Source: an uncultured delta proteobacterium
GTDB lineage: Bacteria > Desulfobacterota > RBG-13-43-22
Length of the DNA: 64,000 bases
Direction of reading: 5' to 3'
Assembly: GCA_963790475.1 (NCBI GenBank)
Contig: CAWBOS010000010.1
Location: 288,001-352,000, forward strand
A model generated the notes under the pieces. The model ran no database searches and was not told the origin of the DNA. It saw only the letters and a list, made by a program, of their open reading frames with translations. The position numbers and the translations under genes are program-made. How positions within the stretch are numbered: the stretch's first letter is position 1; each line of letters begins with the position of its first letter. Of this stretch, positions 29,492 to 40,773 are shown in pieces.

Positions 29492-30621
29492 GAGAAATCT
29501 GGATCACTGAAGCCGGGGTGGTTACCGCAGCGGGTAAGAACCTGGATGCCACCTGGCTGGAGCTGATGGCCGGCCGGACAGCCATCCGGAAGATCGACCG
29601 ATTTCCGGTGCAGGCCTACCAGTCGGAGGTCGGCGCCTCCATCCCGGATCTAAAATCTTCCGGGACAGGTTCATTACTCCGCAAGATCATGAGCCTCCTC
29701 TTGGATCAAATTGATAAAGTTCCGGCTGATTCCCTTCTGATAACCGCCTCGACCAAGGCCGGTACTGATAACCTGGAAAAAATCAAACAGGGGGTGGCCG
29801 CTGATCCGGAGGATATGTTGCCGTCTTCGATAAGCAAATGGGTGGCCGACGGTCTGGGTCTGAAAGGCTGTTCATTTCACATCAGTGCCGCCTGTGCCTC
29901 TTCCACCGTGGCCGTGGCCCGGGCGGCGTCGCTCATTTTCTCCGGGGTGGCAGAATCGGTTCTAATCTGTTGCCTGGATTTGATTACTGAATCCGTATTT
30001 TCCGGATTTTCGGCCCTGCAAGTCCTGTCACCTTTTCCCAGCCAACCCTTTGACCGGGACCGATCCGGTCTATCCGTGGGGGAGGGGGGGGCCTTTCTTA
30101 TGCTCATGAGCGCCGAAAGGGCCCGGCGTCTGGGCTGCTCCCAAAAAGGGATTATTGCCGGGGCAGGGATATCCAGTGATGCCCGGCATATTACCGCTCC
30201 GGACAGAAATGGTGCCGGACTTATCCGGGCCGTCAGGGGGGCCTTAAAGACCGCCGATATAAATCGAAAGGATATCGCCGGGATCAGCGCTCACGGAACC
30301 GGCACGATTTACAACGATCTGATGGAACTGACCGCTTTTCGAACAGTCTTTGAAAAAAATTGCCCCCCGATCTATTCAGTAAAGGGATGCCTGGGTCATA
30401 CCTTCGGGGCGGCGGGGGGGATTGAGGTAGCCCTGGGGACACAAACCTTATCATCACAAACCTTACCGCCTACGGTGGGTTTCGTCCATCCGGAAAAGGG
30501 TGCGGAAGGATTGGTCAGCTCTCACCCGGTTTCCATAAAAGGGGATTATCTTTTAACGACCAACTCCGGTTTCGGCGGCATCAACGCGGCCATCATGCTG
30601 AAAAGGGGGGTATGGCCATGA
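29488..30621 (+). CDS. Beta-ketoacyl-ACP synthase (catalytic C-H-H intact)
   Basis: SAACASS, AHGTGT, KGCLGHT, SGFGG. Confidence 0.9.
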   Translation: MREIWITEAGVVTAAGKNLDATWLELMAGRTAIRKIDRFPVQAYQSEVGASIPDLKSSGTGSLLRKIMSLLLDQIDKVPADSLLITASTKAGTDNLEKIKQGVAADPEDMLPSSISKWVADGLGLKGCSFHISAACASSTVAVARAASLIFSGVAESVLICCLDLITESVFSGFSALQVLSPFPSQPFDRDRSGLSVGEGGAFLMLMSAERARRLGCSQKGIIAGAGISSDARHITAPDRNGAGLIRAVRGALKTADINRKDIAGISAHGTGTIYNDLMELTAFRTVFEKNCPPIYSVKGCLGHTFGAAGGIEVALGTQTLSSQTLPPTVGFVHPEKGAEGLVSSHPVSIKGDYLLTTNSGFGGINAAIMLKRGVWP

Positions 30622-31331
30622 AGGCCATGATAACCGGTCTGGGCTGGGTGAACACCTCCGGCAGCGGACAAGGGAGGCAGGCCGTTTTCCATGCCGGGTC
30701 ACAGGAAGGACTGTTGAACCTTTCCACCAAGGGCATTTTTGATAAACCGGTTCCACGCTACGGAAGAATGGATGAGTATTCCCGACTCGGATTAACAGGC
30801 ATAGCCCTGGCCCTGAAGGATGCAGAATTGGATCAATGGACGGAGATGAGGAACATCGCCGTTTTGGCCTCCACCGTTTATGGATGCTTACAAACGGACT
30901 CCGATTACTATGACACGGTGAGTCTCGAGGGAGGCCGCCTGGCCAGCCCGAACCTTTTTGCCTATACCCTGTCCAATACCTTTCTCGGAGAGGCGGCTAT
31001 CTATTTCGGGTTGACCGGAGCGGGTTTTATCATCCATGAGCCCTCACTTTCCGGTAGTTCCGGCCTGCTCCTGGCCATGGACAGCCTGGCGAGAAAGGAG
31101 TGCGAAGCAGTTGTTACCGGGATTTGTGACACAGGCCCCCCCCTGTCTCTTGGTTTGAAAGGAAGGGCAGTTCCCGGTGCCCTCTTCTTTGTTCTCCAGC
31201 CGGCATCAACCGGGGAGGGGTTTTCTTATGGGACACTGACTCAAGGAAAGAACGGAAGAATATTTTTTGAAGGAAAAACGCTCAAAGACCTCGATGAACT
31301 GGCCGGCCGGTGCACCCATAGTTCTGAGTAA
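30612..31331 (+). CDS. Ketosynthase-like chain-length-factor subunit
   Basis: RMDEYSRLG, ASPNLFAYTL; no catalytic Cys motif; short. Confidence 0.75.
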   Translation: MAMKAMITGLGWVNTSGSGQGRQAVFHAGSQEGLLNLSTKGIFDKPVPRYGRMDEYSRLGLTGIALALKDAELDQWTEMRNIAVLASTVYGCLQTDSDYYDTVSLEGGRLASPNLFAYTLSNTFLGEAAIYFGLTGAGFIIHEPSLSGSSGLLLAMDSLARKECEAVVTGICDTGPPLSLGLKGRAVPGALFFVLQPASTGEGFSYGTLTQGKNGRIFFEGKTLKDLDELAGRCTHSSE

Positions 31332-31455
31332 TTAGTTTCGAGTTGGGAGTTCTTTACTCCGAACTCCGAACATTGAACTCCAATGGAATTATAACGCGAA
31401 TAATTTTTGAAACCGTAGAACATTATTTGCTTTTTAGAGAAGGACCACAAAACCG

Positions 31456-32724
31456 ATGAAAATGACCCTTATTTATCCCTCCTGGCCGAAGTTGGAAGGG
31501 CAAAGGGAATACCATCTGCCGCCCCACGGGCCGGTGGTATTCGCCGCCGAGGTCCCTCCGGAGGTCGATCTGACCTTCATCGATGAAAACGTCCAGGAGA
31601 TCTCTTTCGACTTGCCGGCCGATATCATTGCCCTTTCAGTGATGTTGACCAGTCAGCTTCCCCGGGCCTTTGAGATCGCCCGGCGTTTTCGGGAGCAGGG
31701 AATACCGGTCCTGTTCGGTGGGATCGCCGTCATGCTCCATAGTGAGGAGGTGCTGGCTCAAGGGGACTCCGTCTTCCTGGGTGAGGTAGAGGGCCGACTG
31801 GCCGCAGTCCTTTCCGATTTCAAGCAGGGTCGAATGAAAAAGTTGTACAACTATATGGATAATTTTCCGGATATCCGTTTGGTGGGCAAAGCCAGGCGGG
31901 AGATTCTTAATCGTTCCCTTTACAATTACCGGGGTGTCCAGATGTTTGACCTTGTTCACGCCTCGAGGGGCTGCAGATTTAATTGTTTTCCCTGCTGCAC
32001 GGGTTTCCTGGGCGGAAGGAAATTCCGCCCCCGCCCTATTGACCAAGTCGTCGAAGAAATGGCCGCTATTCCCAATAATCGCCTGTTCATTGTTGACAAC
32101 TCTCTGGCTCAGGACCGTCAATGGTTATTAGATCTGTTCTCGGCCATGATTCCTCTGAAAAAAAAGTGGGTTTCCCATCCCATTCTGGACGACGACCGGG
32201 TCCTGGCCCTGGCGGCCGAAGCCGGTTCCTGGTATGTGTACCAAGCTATTTTTGACACCTCGGAGGTGATCCGCACCCGGGTTAAAAGACTGAAAGACCA
32301 TGGTATCGGCATTGAAGGCACCATTCTTCTCGGAACCGACGAACAGGACGAGGATTATATTAAGAGATTGATCGATTTCCTGTTGGAGATCGGGATTGAT
32401 ATGGCGGAATTTACCATCCTGACGCCCTTCCCCCATTCCCCCATACGGGAACGCCTTGAAAGAGAGGGTCGGATACTAAGCAACAACTGGCTCGACTATA
32501 CAGCGGACAAGGTCGTCTTTCAGCCAAAGCGCATGACTCCAGAGAAATTACGGGAAATGTTTCTTTATGCCTGGGACACCTTTTATCAGGGCGGGGGCTA
32601 CCAGATCAAGATGGGTGAGCTATTCAAAAAAATCATTCGCCGGGAAATTGATGACGGGACCTACCGGCGATACGATATCAGAAAGAAGCGCTCTTTCAAG
32701 ATCAAGGCCGGAGAAAATGAGTAG
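31456..32724 (+). CDS. B12-binding radical SAM protein
   Basis: N-terminal cobalamin-binding domain; SRGCRFNCFPC. Confidence 0.88.
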   Translation: MKMTLIYPSWPKLEGQREYHLPPHGPVVFAAEVPPEVDLTFIDENVQEISFDLPADIIALSVMLTSQLPRAFEIARRFREQGIPVLFGGIAVMLHSEEVLAQGDSVFLGEVEGRLAAVLSDFKQGRMKKLYNYMDNFPDIRLVGKARREILNRSLYNYRGVQMFDLVHASRGCRFNCFPCCTGFLGGRKFRPRPIDQVVEEMAAIPNNRLFIVDNSLAQDRQWLLDLFSAMIPLKKKWVSHPILDDDRVLALAAEAGSWYVYQAIFDTSEVIRTRVKRLKDHGIGIEGTILLGTDEQDEDYIKRLIDFLLEIGIDMAEFTILTPFPHSPIRERLEREGRILSNNWLDYTADKVVFQPKRMTPEKLREMFLYAWDTFYQGGGYQIKMGELFKKIIRREIDDGTYRRYDIRKKRSFKIKAGENE

Positions 32725-34114
32725 GATATTTCTTCTTTCTACCAATACCATGATCGAACCCTATCCGGTATTCCCCCTGGGGATGGCTGTGGTGGCTTCG
32801 GCCCTGATCTCGGCCGGGCATACGGTCCGGCAGTTTGATCTTCTAACGGAAGACCGATCCGTTAAAAGGCTTATTGAAGCCCTCCTCGCCTTCAGCCCGG
32901 ATTTTGTCGGAATATCCATGCGAAATATCGACACGGTGGATTATTTTACGTCGGAGGAGTCCTGGGCGTTGCAACCGGATCGGGAGATCATCCGCAAGAT
33001 CAAAGAGAATAGCAAGGTCCCGGTGATCCTGGGCGGATCGGCCTTTTCGATCATGCCGGAGGAAATACTGAACTATGTGGGGGGCGATTACGGGATTGTC
33101 GGGGATGGGGGGATGCTTTTTAATCACTGGATTGAAAGAGTCAAGCAGGGGGAAAAGGTTCCCTTGATTTTAAGAGAAGACAACCTCCTTGAATCCGGAG
33201 ATATCTCTCTGCGTCCTTTTTGGAATGAGACCATCTTGCAACATTATACCGATCAGGGCGGCCTAATCGGTTTGCGGACCAAGTGCGGGTGCCCGCATCA
33301 TTGTGCCTATTGCACCTATCCGGCCTTGGAAGGAACGAGATTCCGACACCGGGAAGCCGGGGAGGTGATCGAGGATATCCGGCAACTGCAGAAAGACTAT
33401 CAGATCGAGTCCCTTTTTTTTGTGGACTCGGTATTCAACGACCTCAAGGGTCACTATCTGGAGATTGCCGAAGGACTCATTAGCCGGGAAATCCGTATTC
33501 GCTGGTCTGCTTTTTTTCAACCGGCAGGGATTGAAACCGAACAGTTAAGACTATTGAAACGATCCGGCCTCTTTGCTGTGGAAGCCGGTACGGATGCTGC
33601 CAGCGACACCACGCTGAGGGGGCTCAACAAGCACTTTGGGTTTGACGATGTGGTGAGGTTCAATGAGGCCTGTTTGAAAGAGGAAATCCCTTGCGCCCAT
33701 TATGTGATGTTCGGTGGACCCGGAGAGACCTCCTTCACCGTCCAGGAAGGATTGCTCAATATGGACCGGTTGCAAAACTGCGTCGTCCTGGCCTTCTCCG
33801 GGGTGCGTATTTTCCCTGGTACGCTGCTTCACCGCAAGGCGGTGGAAGACGGGATCGTGGGTGAAAAGGACTCCCTTTTAAAGCCCGTTTTCTATTTTTC
33901 TCCGGATATTAACCCTGAAACCATGAACAGAACCCTTGAGGAGTCTTTTAAAAATCACAGACAAAGGATTTTTCCTCCCGCTTCCTGCCAGAAAATAACG
34001 AATGTCATGAGACGATTCGGCTACAAGGGTCCTTTGTGGGATACCTTGATATCCTTTAAAAATAAAAGACCTCCGGATGTGGGGATGGGGAGGAAAGGAC
34101 CGGATGGGGTCTGA
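32717..34114 (+). CDS. Lipid-biosynthesis B12-binding radical SAM protein
   Basis: EPYPVFPLG, GISMRNID, CPHHCAYC; ATG 32717 overlaps the upstream stop. Confidence 0.85.
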   Translation: MSRIFLLSTNTMIEPYPVFPLGMAVVASALISAGHTVRQFDLLTEDRSVKRLIEALLAFSPDFVGISMRNIDTVDYFTSEESWALQPDREIIRKIKENSKVPVILGGSAFSIMPEEILNYVGGDYGIVGDGGMLFNHWIERVKQGEKVPLILREDNLLESGDISLRPFWNETILQHYTDQGGLIGLRTKCGCPHHCAYCTYPALEGTRFRHREAGEVIEDIRQLQKDYQIESLFFVDSVFNDLKGHYLEIAEGLISREIRIRWSAFFQPAGIETEQLRLLKRSGLFAVEAGTDAASDTTLRGLNKHFGFDDVVRFNEACLKEEIPCAHYVMFGGPGETSFTVQEGLLNMDRLQNCVVLAFSGVRIFPGTLLHRKAVEDGIVGEKDSLLKPVFYFSPDINPETMNRTLEESFKNHRQRIFPPASCQKITNVMRRFGYKGPLWDTLISFKNKRPPDVGMGRKGPDGV

Positions 34115-35267
34115 AAAGATAAAAGTCATCCTGGTCATCCCCGTATATAATCATGGAAAAGACCTTACGTGGAGTGGTGCAAAGGGCCTTGAAAACAGGG
34201 GCCGAGGTCCTGGTGGTGGACGACGGAAGTACGGACGGAGGTCTGGAAACGCTTTCCGGGTTGAGCCATAAAGTCATCCGCCATCCGAAAAACCAAGGGA
34301 AAGGCGCTGCCATCATTGACCGCAGCTAAGGAGGCCGAAAGACTGGGGATGACGCACATCGTCACCATCGATGCCGACGGGCAGCATGACCCGGCCGATT
34401 TCTTGCGTTTTCTCCCGCTGATTCAGGAAAATCCTCTGGCCCTGGTGGTGGGGATCAGGGTCTTTGATAAAAAGGCTTCACCCCTGTTATCCAGGTTCGG
34501 CCGGAGTTTCTCCAATTTTTGGTTCCGGGTCCAGACCAGCAGTTCCGTGAAGGATACTCAGAGCGGATTCCGGGCCTACCCTTTGGCCGTTCTTACCTGG
34601 CTAAAGGTTCACGATCAACGATTTTCTTTTGAAGTGGAGGTCTTGGTGAAAGCGGCCTGGGCCGGGATTGAAATCAAGGAGGTGGATATTTCGGTTTTTT
34701 ATCCCCCTTCCCGGGAACGGGTTTCTCATTTTCATCTTATCAAAGATAATCTGGCCCTTTCTCTGCTCAACACCCGCCTGACTATGAGAGCCGTCCTTCC
34801 CCTGCCGCTATAAGCAGTTCAGACCCGCCCAAGACGGGTTGGAGGATATGTCGATTTTCCACCCTTTGAAATCTTTAAAAATTCTCAGTAAGAATACCTC
34901 CCCGGCACTGCTGGCGGTATCGGCCGGGATGGGCGTTTTTATCGGAACCCTTCCGCTGGTCGGTTTCTGGACTCTGGCTGTCCTTATTACGGCTAATTAT
35001 TTCGGTCTCAGCAAAATTGCCGCTTTGAGTTCCAATCAGTTGTGCAATCACCCTATTGTACCGGCCCTGTGCATTGAATTGGGGTATTTTTTCCGACACG
35101 GGAGCTTTCTTACGGAATTTTCCCTAAATACTCTGGGATATCAGGGACTGCAAAGAATTCTTGAATGGCTGATTGGGTCCCTGGTCCTGGCCCCCGTCTT
35201 TGGCTTGTTGACCGGCGGGCTGGTCTTTGTCCTGGCCTGGTCCATAATCCGGGAAAAGAAGGCTTGA
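34104..35267 (+). CDS. GT2 glycosyltransferase-DUF2062 fusion with three apparent +1 frameshifts
   Basis: IPVYNH / VVDDGSTD / NQGKGAA / DADGQH / DTQSGFR / DUF2062-like membrane tail; breaks near 34160, 34315 and 34808. Confidence 0.75.
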
Positions 35268-35472
35268 AAGAGGATCCCGGGTCGTCAGCGAATTTGATAT
35301 TAAAAAAAGGTTGAACCTCTCGCCTATCTATGTCAACCTTATTAAAGGGATTAAAAAGCAGGGCTGTTACCAGGATCATGGGTCTGGAAGGATAACCTCC
35401 CGGCCAGGTTCTTAATTTTTTCAAGAAGTGAAAGCAGAAGGGGACGTAATCTAAAAAGAGGAAGGTTAACCT

Positions 35473-35727
35473 ATGACCATTAAAGAAAAACTGAAAAAAA
35501 TGATTGTGGAAGAACTTAATCTGGAAGAGATTCAACCCGAGGAAATCGAGGATGATGCTCCTTTGTTCGGGGAGGGGTTGGGTCTCGATTCATTAGACGC
35601 CGTCGAACTCGTTGTTCTTGTTGAAAAGCATTTCGGCGTTGAAATCAAAAACCTCGATAAAGGTCGGATCGCCTTTCAGTCGATCAATTCACTGGCCGCC
35701 TTTATAGAGGAAAGAAACACACCATGA
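35473..35727 (+). CDS. Acyl carrier protein
   Basis: GLDSLDAVEL phosphopantetheine site; acidic. Confidence 0.93.
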   Translation: MTIKEKLKKMIVEELNLEEIQPEEIEDDAPLFGEGLGLDSLDAVELVVLVEKHFGVEIKNLDKGRIAFQSINSLAAFIEERNTP

Positions 35728-36928
35728 ACTCCTCTTCACCCGTCTCCATAACCGGAATGGGCTGTCTGTGCGCCCCGGGGCCTACTCTGGCTCTATGCTT
35801 AGAGTCTCTTTTCGGAGGGGATCGGAATCCGTTGCCACCCAGGAGATTCACGTCCAATCACCCTGTGGCCTATCCGGTTTTTGAAGTTGCCGACGACCTG
35901 GCTTCATTAAGGATCAAAGGGATCCCCGATATCTCACGCACGGCCAAGCTGGCATTGACCGCCGCCTGGGAGGCCATCGGCAATGCCGGACTGGACAGGG
36001 AAATGCTTCAATCAAAGCGAGTGGGGGTCTGCTTGGGACCAGCGTGGGCAGTGCCATGAACAATGAGGCTTTTTATCGCCAATACCGACTGGACGAGAAG
36101 CCGGATGTGTCCCCCATTACCCGGTATCTCAATAGTAATCCGGCGGACGTCCTGGCCAGGGAATTTGGGACAAACGGGCCCTGTCAGACCGTGGTCAATG
36201 CCTGTTCTTCCGGGACGGATGCTGTGGGCCTCGGAGCCCTCTGGATTCAATCGGGAGTATGCGATATCGTGCTGGCCGGGGGAGCCGATGAACTGTGCCA
36301 TGTCACCTATAATGGCTTTATTTCGCTTATGGTTACAGATGATTCACCCTGCAAACCCTTTGATAAAGAACGGAAAGGTCTGAATTTGGGAGAAGGAGCA
36401 GCCGTGCTGGTTCTGGAATCCGAAGAATCAAGAAGGGGCAGGGATAAACAGGCCCGGGCTTTTGTCAGGGGGTATGGGGCGTCCTGCGATGCCTTTCACC
36501 TGACCGCCCCTCATCCGCAGGGCCGTGGCCTAAGGCGAGCGATAGAGGAGGCGATGCGTTTAAGCGGCATTTCGACTAAAGATATTGGCTTCATCAATGC
36601 CCATGGCACAGGGACCAAGGATAATGACCGGGTCGAGTCCCAGGTCTTAATGGACCTATTGCCGGAAATTCCCTTTCTCTCCACCAAGGGGTATACGGGT
36701 CACACCCTGGGTGCGGCCGGTGCCATTGAAGCGGCCTTCACCGTGGCCTGTCTGGAAGAGGGGAGGATACCGAAAAATGCCGGTTTCACAACCCCTGATC
36801 CGGAACTGCCGTCCTTTCCAGTCGACAGCGAAAGGCCAGTCAAAGGAACGGTCGCCCTGTCAGAGTCCCTGGCCTTTGGCGGTCATAACGCAGTTCTGGT
36901 TATCGGGATAGAAAGAGGTTTGTTATGA
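35724..36928 (+). CDS. Beta-ketoacyl-ACP synthase with a -1 frameshift near 36036
   Basis: ITGMG N-terminus; adding one G gives CLGTSVG; NACSSG, AHGTGT, KGYTGHT. Confidence 0.85.
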
Positions 36929-38055
36929 GGCTGGCGATTCAAGGGGTTGGGATCTTGGGCGGTTTCGGTTGTGGGATAGAGGCCTTAAGGAATTCACTCA
37001 TCGATCAAACCTGTCGGGTCCAAAGTGTTTCCATCAAAACAGCCCAGGGACTCCGAGACCAGCCTGCCTTCCTGGCGGATACGGACAAGCTGGACGATTT
37101 TGTGAACAAGAAGGCCCTGCGCCGGGTGGACCACTTTTCAAAAATGGCCCTTTTAGGATCTTTCCTGGCCCTTGAGGATGCCGGGCAGTTGGAGGGAGAC
37201 CGTCAAAGGATGGGCATGGTCATAGCCACCGGTTATGGGGCCAGCCGGACCACTTTTGCTTTTCTCGATTCTTTTATCAATGACGGAGACCAATTGTCCT
37301 CGCCGACTCATTTTTCCAATTCCGTCCACAACGCTGCCGGGGCCAATATCTCCATGCTCCTGAACATAACCGGGCCTGCTCTGACGGTCAGCCAGTTCGA
37401 GATGTCCGTCCCGTCGGCCCTTCTCGCCGCCGGAACCTGGCTGGAGGAAGGACGGGTCGATTCGGTACTTTTGGGAGGGGTTGACGAATATAGCGAAATC
37501 CTTGGCTATTGCTACAATCGTTTTTTCGGGAACCAGGGGATGGGTGTGAAGAATTTGAATCCGTTGACCTTCCATCTACAGAGCGCCATTCCGGGGGAAG
37601 GTGCGGCTTTCTTTTTGCTGACCAGGTCAGAGGAGGAAGGTCGATCCCCCTATGGATTAATCGAGAACACGGAATTGGAGAGATTCGCTGGGGACAAGTT
37701 GAAAATCTCGGAAGAGACCTTACTGTTTATCGGTGCCGATGGGCATAAACGCTGCGGTAGTCACTATGCCCATTATCTTCCTGAAAAAGCGAGCATGGCC
37801 TGTTACACGCCCCTTTACGGAAGCCTTCCGGTCGGCCCGGCCTTTGATCTGGCCATTGCTGCTTTATCCCTAAAAAACAAAAAGGTTTTCCCTTCTCCTT
37901 GCGGCCGCGAGATTCCTGAGAAAAGGATCATCCGTGAAGAGGCTGATCTTCATTGGGAAAAAATTTGCTGCCTAAAATTAGGAAAAGATGGTGAATTGGG
38001 AAGGATTACCTTGAACCCTTCCTCGTCAAACCGTCTTAACAAGGGTCTCAAATAG
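36925..38055 (+). CDS. Ketosynthase chain-length-factor-like subunit
   Basis: LRRVDHFSKMAL, SPTHFSNSVHN; SQFEMS replaces the catalytic Cys motif. Confidence 0.8.
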   Translation: MRLAIQGVGILGGFGCGIEALRNSLIDQTCRVQSVSIKTAQGLRDQPAFLADTDKLDDFVNKKALRRVDHFSKMALLGSFLALEDAGQLEGDRQRMGMVIATGYGASRTTFAFLDSFINDGDQLSSPTHFSNSVHNAAGANISMLLNITGPALTVSQFEMSVPSALLAAGTWLEEGRVDSVLLGGVDEYSEILGYCYNRFFGNQGMGVKNLNPLTFHLQSAIPGEGAAFFLLTRSEEEGRSPYGLIENTELERFAGDKLKISEETLLFIGADGHKRCGSHYAHYLPEKASMACYTPLYGSLPVGPAFDLAIAALSLKNKKVFPSPCGREIPEKRIIREEADLHWEKICCLKLGKDGELGRITLNPSSSNRLNKGLK

Positions 38056-38438
38056 TGAAGACTCAATGCGGGCAAAAAAATCCATCTAATTCGTGATTAT
38101 TTTTTTCAGACATGAGGTTCCTCTAAGCCGGATTTTTTATTAGTTCGGATGGGGGAAAACTTGCGAGGGCCAACTTTTGAGACCGGTCCCAGTCCGTTGA
38201 TAATAACCAGGATAGCCTACCTTACTCAGGAATAGGATTCAATCCCCTTCTTGGGGGGAATCCCTTTTTCCCCTTGACCCCTCTCCGGAATTATTTTATA
38301 CATTTCCGATTGCTAAGCCGTTTTCGGTCATATTGAAATCGGCCTCTGACTAAGTCATTCGTTTCAGATTGGATTCCTAATAACCAGAAAGTGGGAGAGC
38401 TGCGTTTTGCTTTCAGTTGAGACCAAGGATAAAATCAG

Positions 38439-39203
38439 GTGAGAGAAAAGGGACCTTCCAACGAAATCATGCTCGAGGCTCGAGATCTGGTCAAATTCTA
38501 CCGGAAGGGTGCCCGGCCGGCTTTGAACGGACTTAGCGTCTCAATCAAGGAAAGGGAAGTTTTCGGTCTCCTGGGACCCAACGGGGCCGGAAAGACTACG
38601 GCCCTCTCGATTATGAACACGCTGCTCAAGCCTACCAGCGGCAGCATTTCGGTTTGCGGAATCGATGCCCTCCGATCACCGGCCCAGGTCAGGGGGCTCA
38701 TCGGATTTGTTCCCCAGGAGATCGCCCTTTATCAGAACCTCACGGTTCGTGAGAACCTCCACTTCTTTGGGCGGATATACGGTCTGCGGGGAAAAGAACT
38801 GGCTAAGAGGATTTCGGAATTTCTTGAACTGGTCGGTCTTGAGGAAAGTGCCGGGCAGCGTGTCTTTGCCTGTTCCGGGGGGATGAAGCGCCGGGCCAAC
38901 CTGGCGGCGGGCATTCTTCACCGGCCGAAACTCCTTTTTCTGGATGAGCCGACGGTAGGGATCGATCCCCAATCCAGGAATCTGATCCTGGAGAGACTTT
39001 CGGCCATGAAAGAAAGAACTACCATGGTTTATACCACCCATTATATGGAAGAAGCGGAATCGCTTTGTTCCTATGTGGCCATCATGGACGCCGGGCACAT
39101 CATTGCCGAGGGATCACCGGAAGAGTTGATTGGGTGCCCTCCCGGATATGCCGACCTGGAGGCTCTTTTTCTGGTCCTTACCGGGAAACAACTCAGAGAT
39201 TGA
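38439..39203 (+). CDS. ABC transporter ATP-binding protein
   Basis: GPNGAGKT, SGGMKRR, LDEPT. Confidence 0.95.
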   Translation: MREKGPSNEIMLEARDLVKFYRKGARPALNGLSVSIKEREVFGLLGPNGAGKTTALSIMNTLLKPTSGSISVCGIDALRSPAQVRGLIGFVPQEIALYQNLTVRENLHFFGRIYGLRGKELAKRISEFLELVGLEESAGQRVFACSGGMKRRANLAAGILHRPKLLFLDEPTVGIDPQSRNLILERLSAMKERTTMVYTTHYMEEAESLCSYVAIMDAGHIIAEGSPEELIGCPPGYADLEALFLVLTGKQLRD

Positions 39204-39212
39204 AAGGGTCTC

Positions 39213-40565
39213 ATGCTTAAACTGTGGTCCTGTATCCAGAAAGAACTCCTTCTCCTTTACCGTGATTTTTCGGGTTTGATGGTTTTGTTTGTCATGCCAG
39301 TGGCCCTGGTGATTGTGGTCACGTTAGTTCAAGAGAATGTTCTCAAAGCTATGGGTGAAACCCGGACCGGCGTGCTGTTAGTCGACCTTGACCGGAAAAC
39401 GGTAGCTCAGCGGATTGAAGACTCTTTAAGAAAGTCCGGGTCGGTCAAGATCATAAAGGAAATTAATGGAAAGCCCATCGATATTGAAACAGCCCAAAAA
39501 GCCGTAGCCAGGGGAGAATTTCAAGTCGGGATTGTTATCCCCCAGGGGATTTCCGACGCCTTCAGAAAAACCGCCAGACAAAGGGTGAAAGATTCTATAT
39601 CTTTCGAAGGGACCGAGAAAAAGAAGCGCATTGCCGACCAGGAACCGATCCCTGGAATTCTGGTTTATTTTGATCCAACCCTGCGGGAAAACTTCCGGGC
39701 CGGGGTGGTCAGCTCCCTGGAAAAGGTCATCCTGGGCCTGGATGTTAAAGAAAGGCTCGACCTCTTGTTCCAGCTCCTTCCGGGAGAAACGGAAGTGGTG
39801 GCCAAAAAAGCGGCCGGCCCTATGTGGTCGGAGGAATTTAAAAAAAGAATTCCCAAAGTTCAGATCGACTGGGATGATACCCCCCTCATGACGGTAAAGG
39901 AGAAGGTGGCCCGCTATGGTAAGGAAGCCATCATCCCCAATACCGTCCAACAAAATATTCCGGCTTGGACCCTCTTCGGGATGTTCTTTATAGTCGTCCC
40001 TCTGGGCGGATCGATTATCAGGGAAAGACAGGATGGGATGCTGTCCCGCCTGCTGACCATGCCTACCTCCTACCTGACCATAATCTCCGGCAAGATTACC
40101 GCCTATGTGATGATCTGTTTGGTCCAGTTTGTGCTTATTATGGCCTTAGGAAGATTATTACTTCCTCTCCTCGGGGCCCCTGTCCTGGATTTGGGATCAT
40201 CCCCGGCGGCCCTTATACTCATCGTGATAAGTGCGGCCCTGGCCGCCTCCGGCTACGGCATTCTCCTGGGGACCATCGCCAGGACCTATGAGCAGGCCTC
40301 TATGTTCGGGGCCGTCTCCGTGGTCATTGCCGCGGCCCTGGGCGGAATCATGGTGCCGGTCTTTGTCATGCCCAGGATTATGCAAGTCATCAGTGAATTT
40401 TCCCCTCTGGCCTGGGGCCTTAACGCCTTTTTAAACGTCTTTGTCCGTAACGGCGATGTGCAGTCGATTCTTCCTCAGACGACCCGGCTGCTGATCTTCT
40501 TTGTTTCGACCACGGTTCTGGCCTGGTTCTTTATGTCTCAGAGGGGTCGTTTCCGCATCAGATAA
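39213..40565 (+). CDS. ABC-2 type permease
   Basis: N-terminal TM, large loop, QQNIPAWTLFGMFF, LGGIMVP. Confidence 0.9.
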   Translation: MLKLWSCIQKELLLLYRDFSGLMVLFVMPVALVIVVTLVQENVLKAMGETRTGVLLVDLDRKTVAQRIEDSLRKSGSVKIIKEINGKPIDIETAQKAVARGEFQVGIVIPQGISDAFRKTARQRVKDSISFEGTEKKKRIADQEPIPGILVYFDPTLRENFRAGVVSSLEKVILGLDVKERLDLLFQLLPGETEVVAKKAAGPMWSEEFKKRIPKVQIDWDDTPLMTVKEKVARYGKEAIIPNTVQQNIPAWTLFGMFFIVVPLGGSIIRERQDGMLSRLLTMPTSYLTIISGKITAYVMICLVQFVLIMALGRLLLPLLGAPVLDLGSSPAALILIVISAALAASGYGILLGTIARTYEQASMFGAVSVVIAAALGGIMVPVFVMPRIMQVISEFSPLAWGLNAFLNVFVRNGDVQSILPQTTRLLIFFVSTTVLAWFFMSQRGRFRIR

Positions 40566-40773
40566 CAGCCGGAACCGATTTACCCTGCCCGCAAGAAAGC
40601 CCCTTAATTAGTCGTTGCTCTTCGTTTTACAAAAAACCCTGAACGGACTGGAGAGCAGTGGTGGAGAATTGTTCAGGGATTCGGATTTTATTTCTTTTTC
40701 CATTCTTTTCTGATAAATATCCTCATCATCAACCAGCCTTAATCGATATTCCCCAAAGAAGATAGGAAATAAA

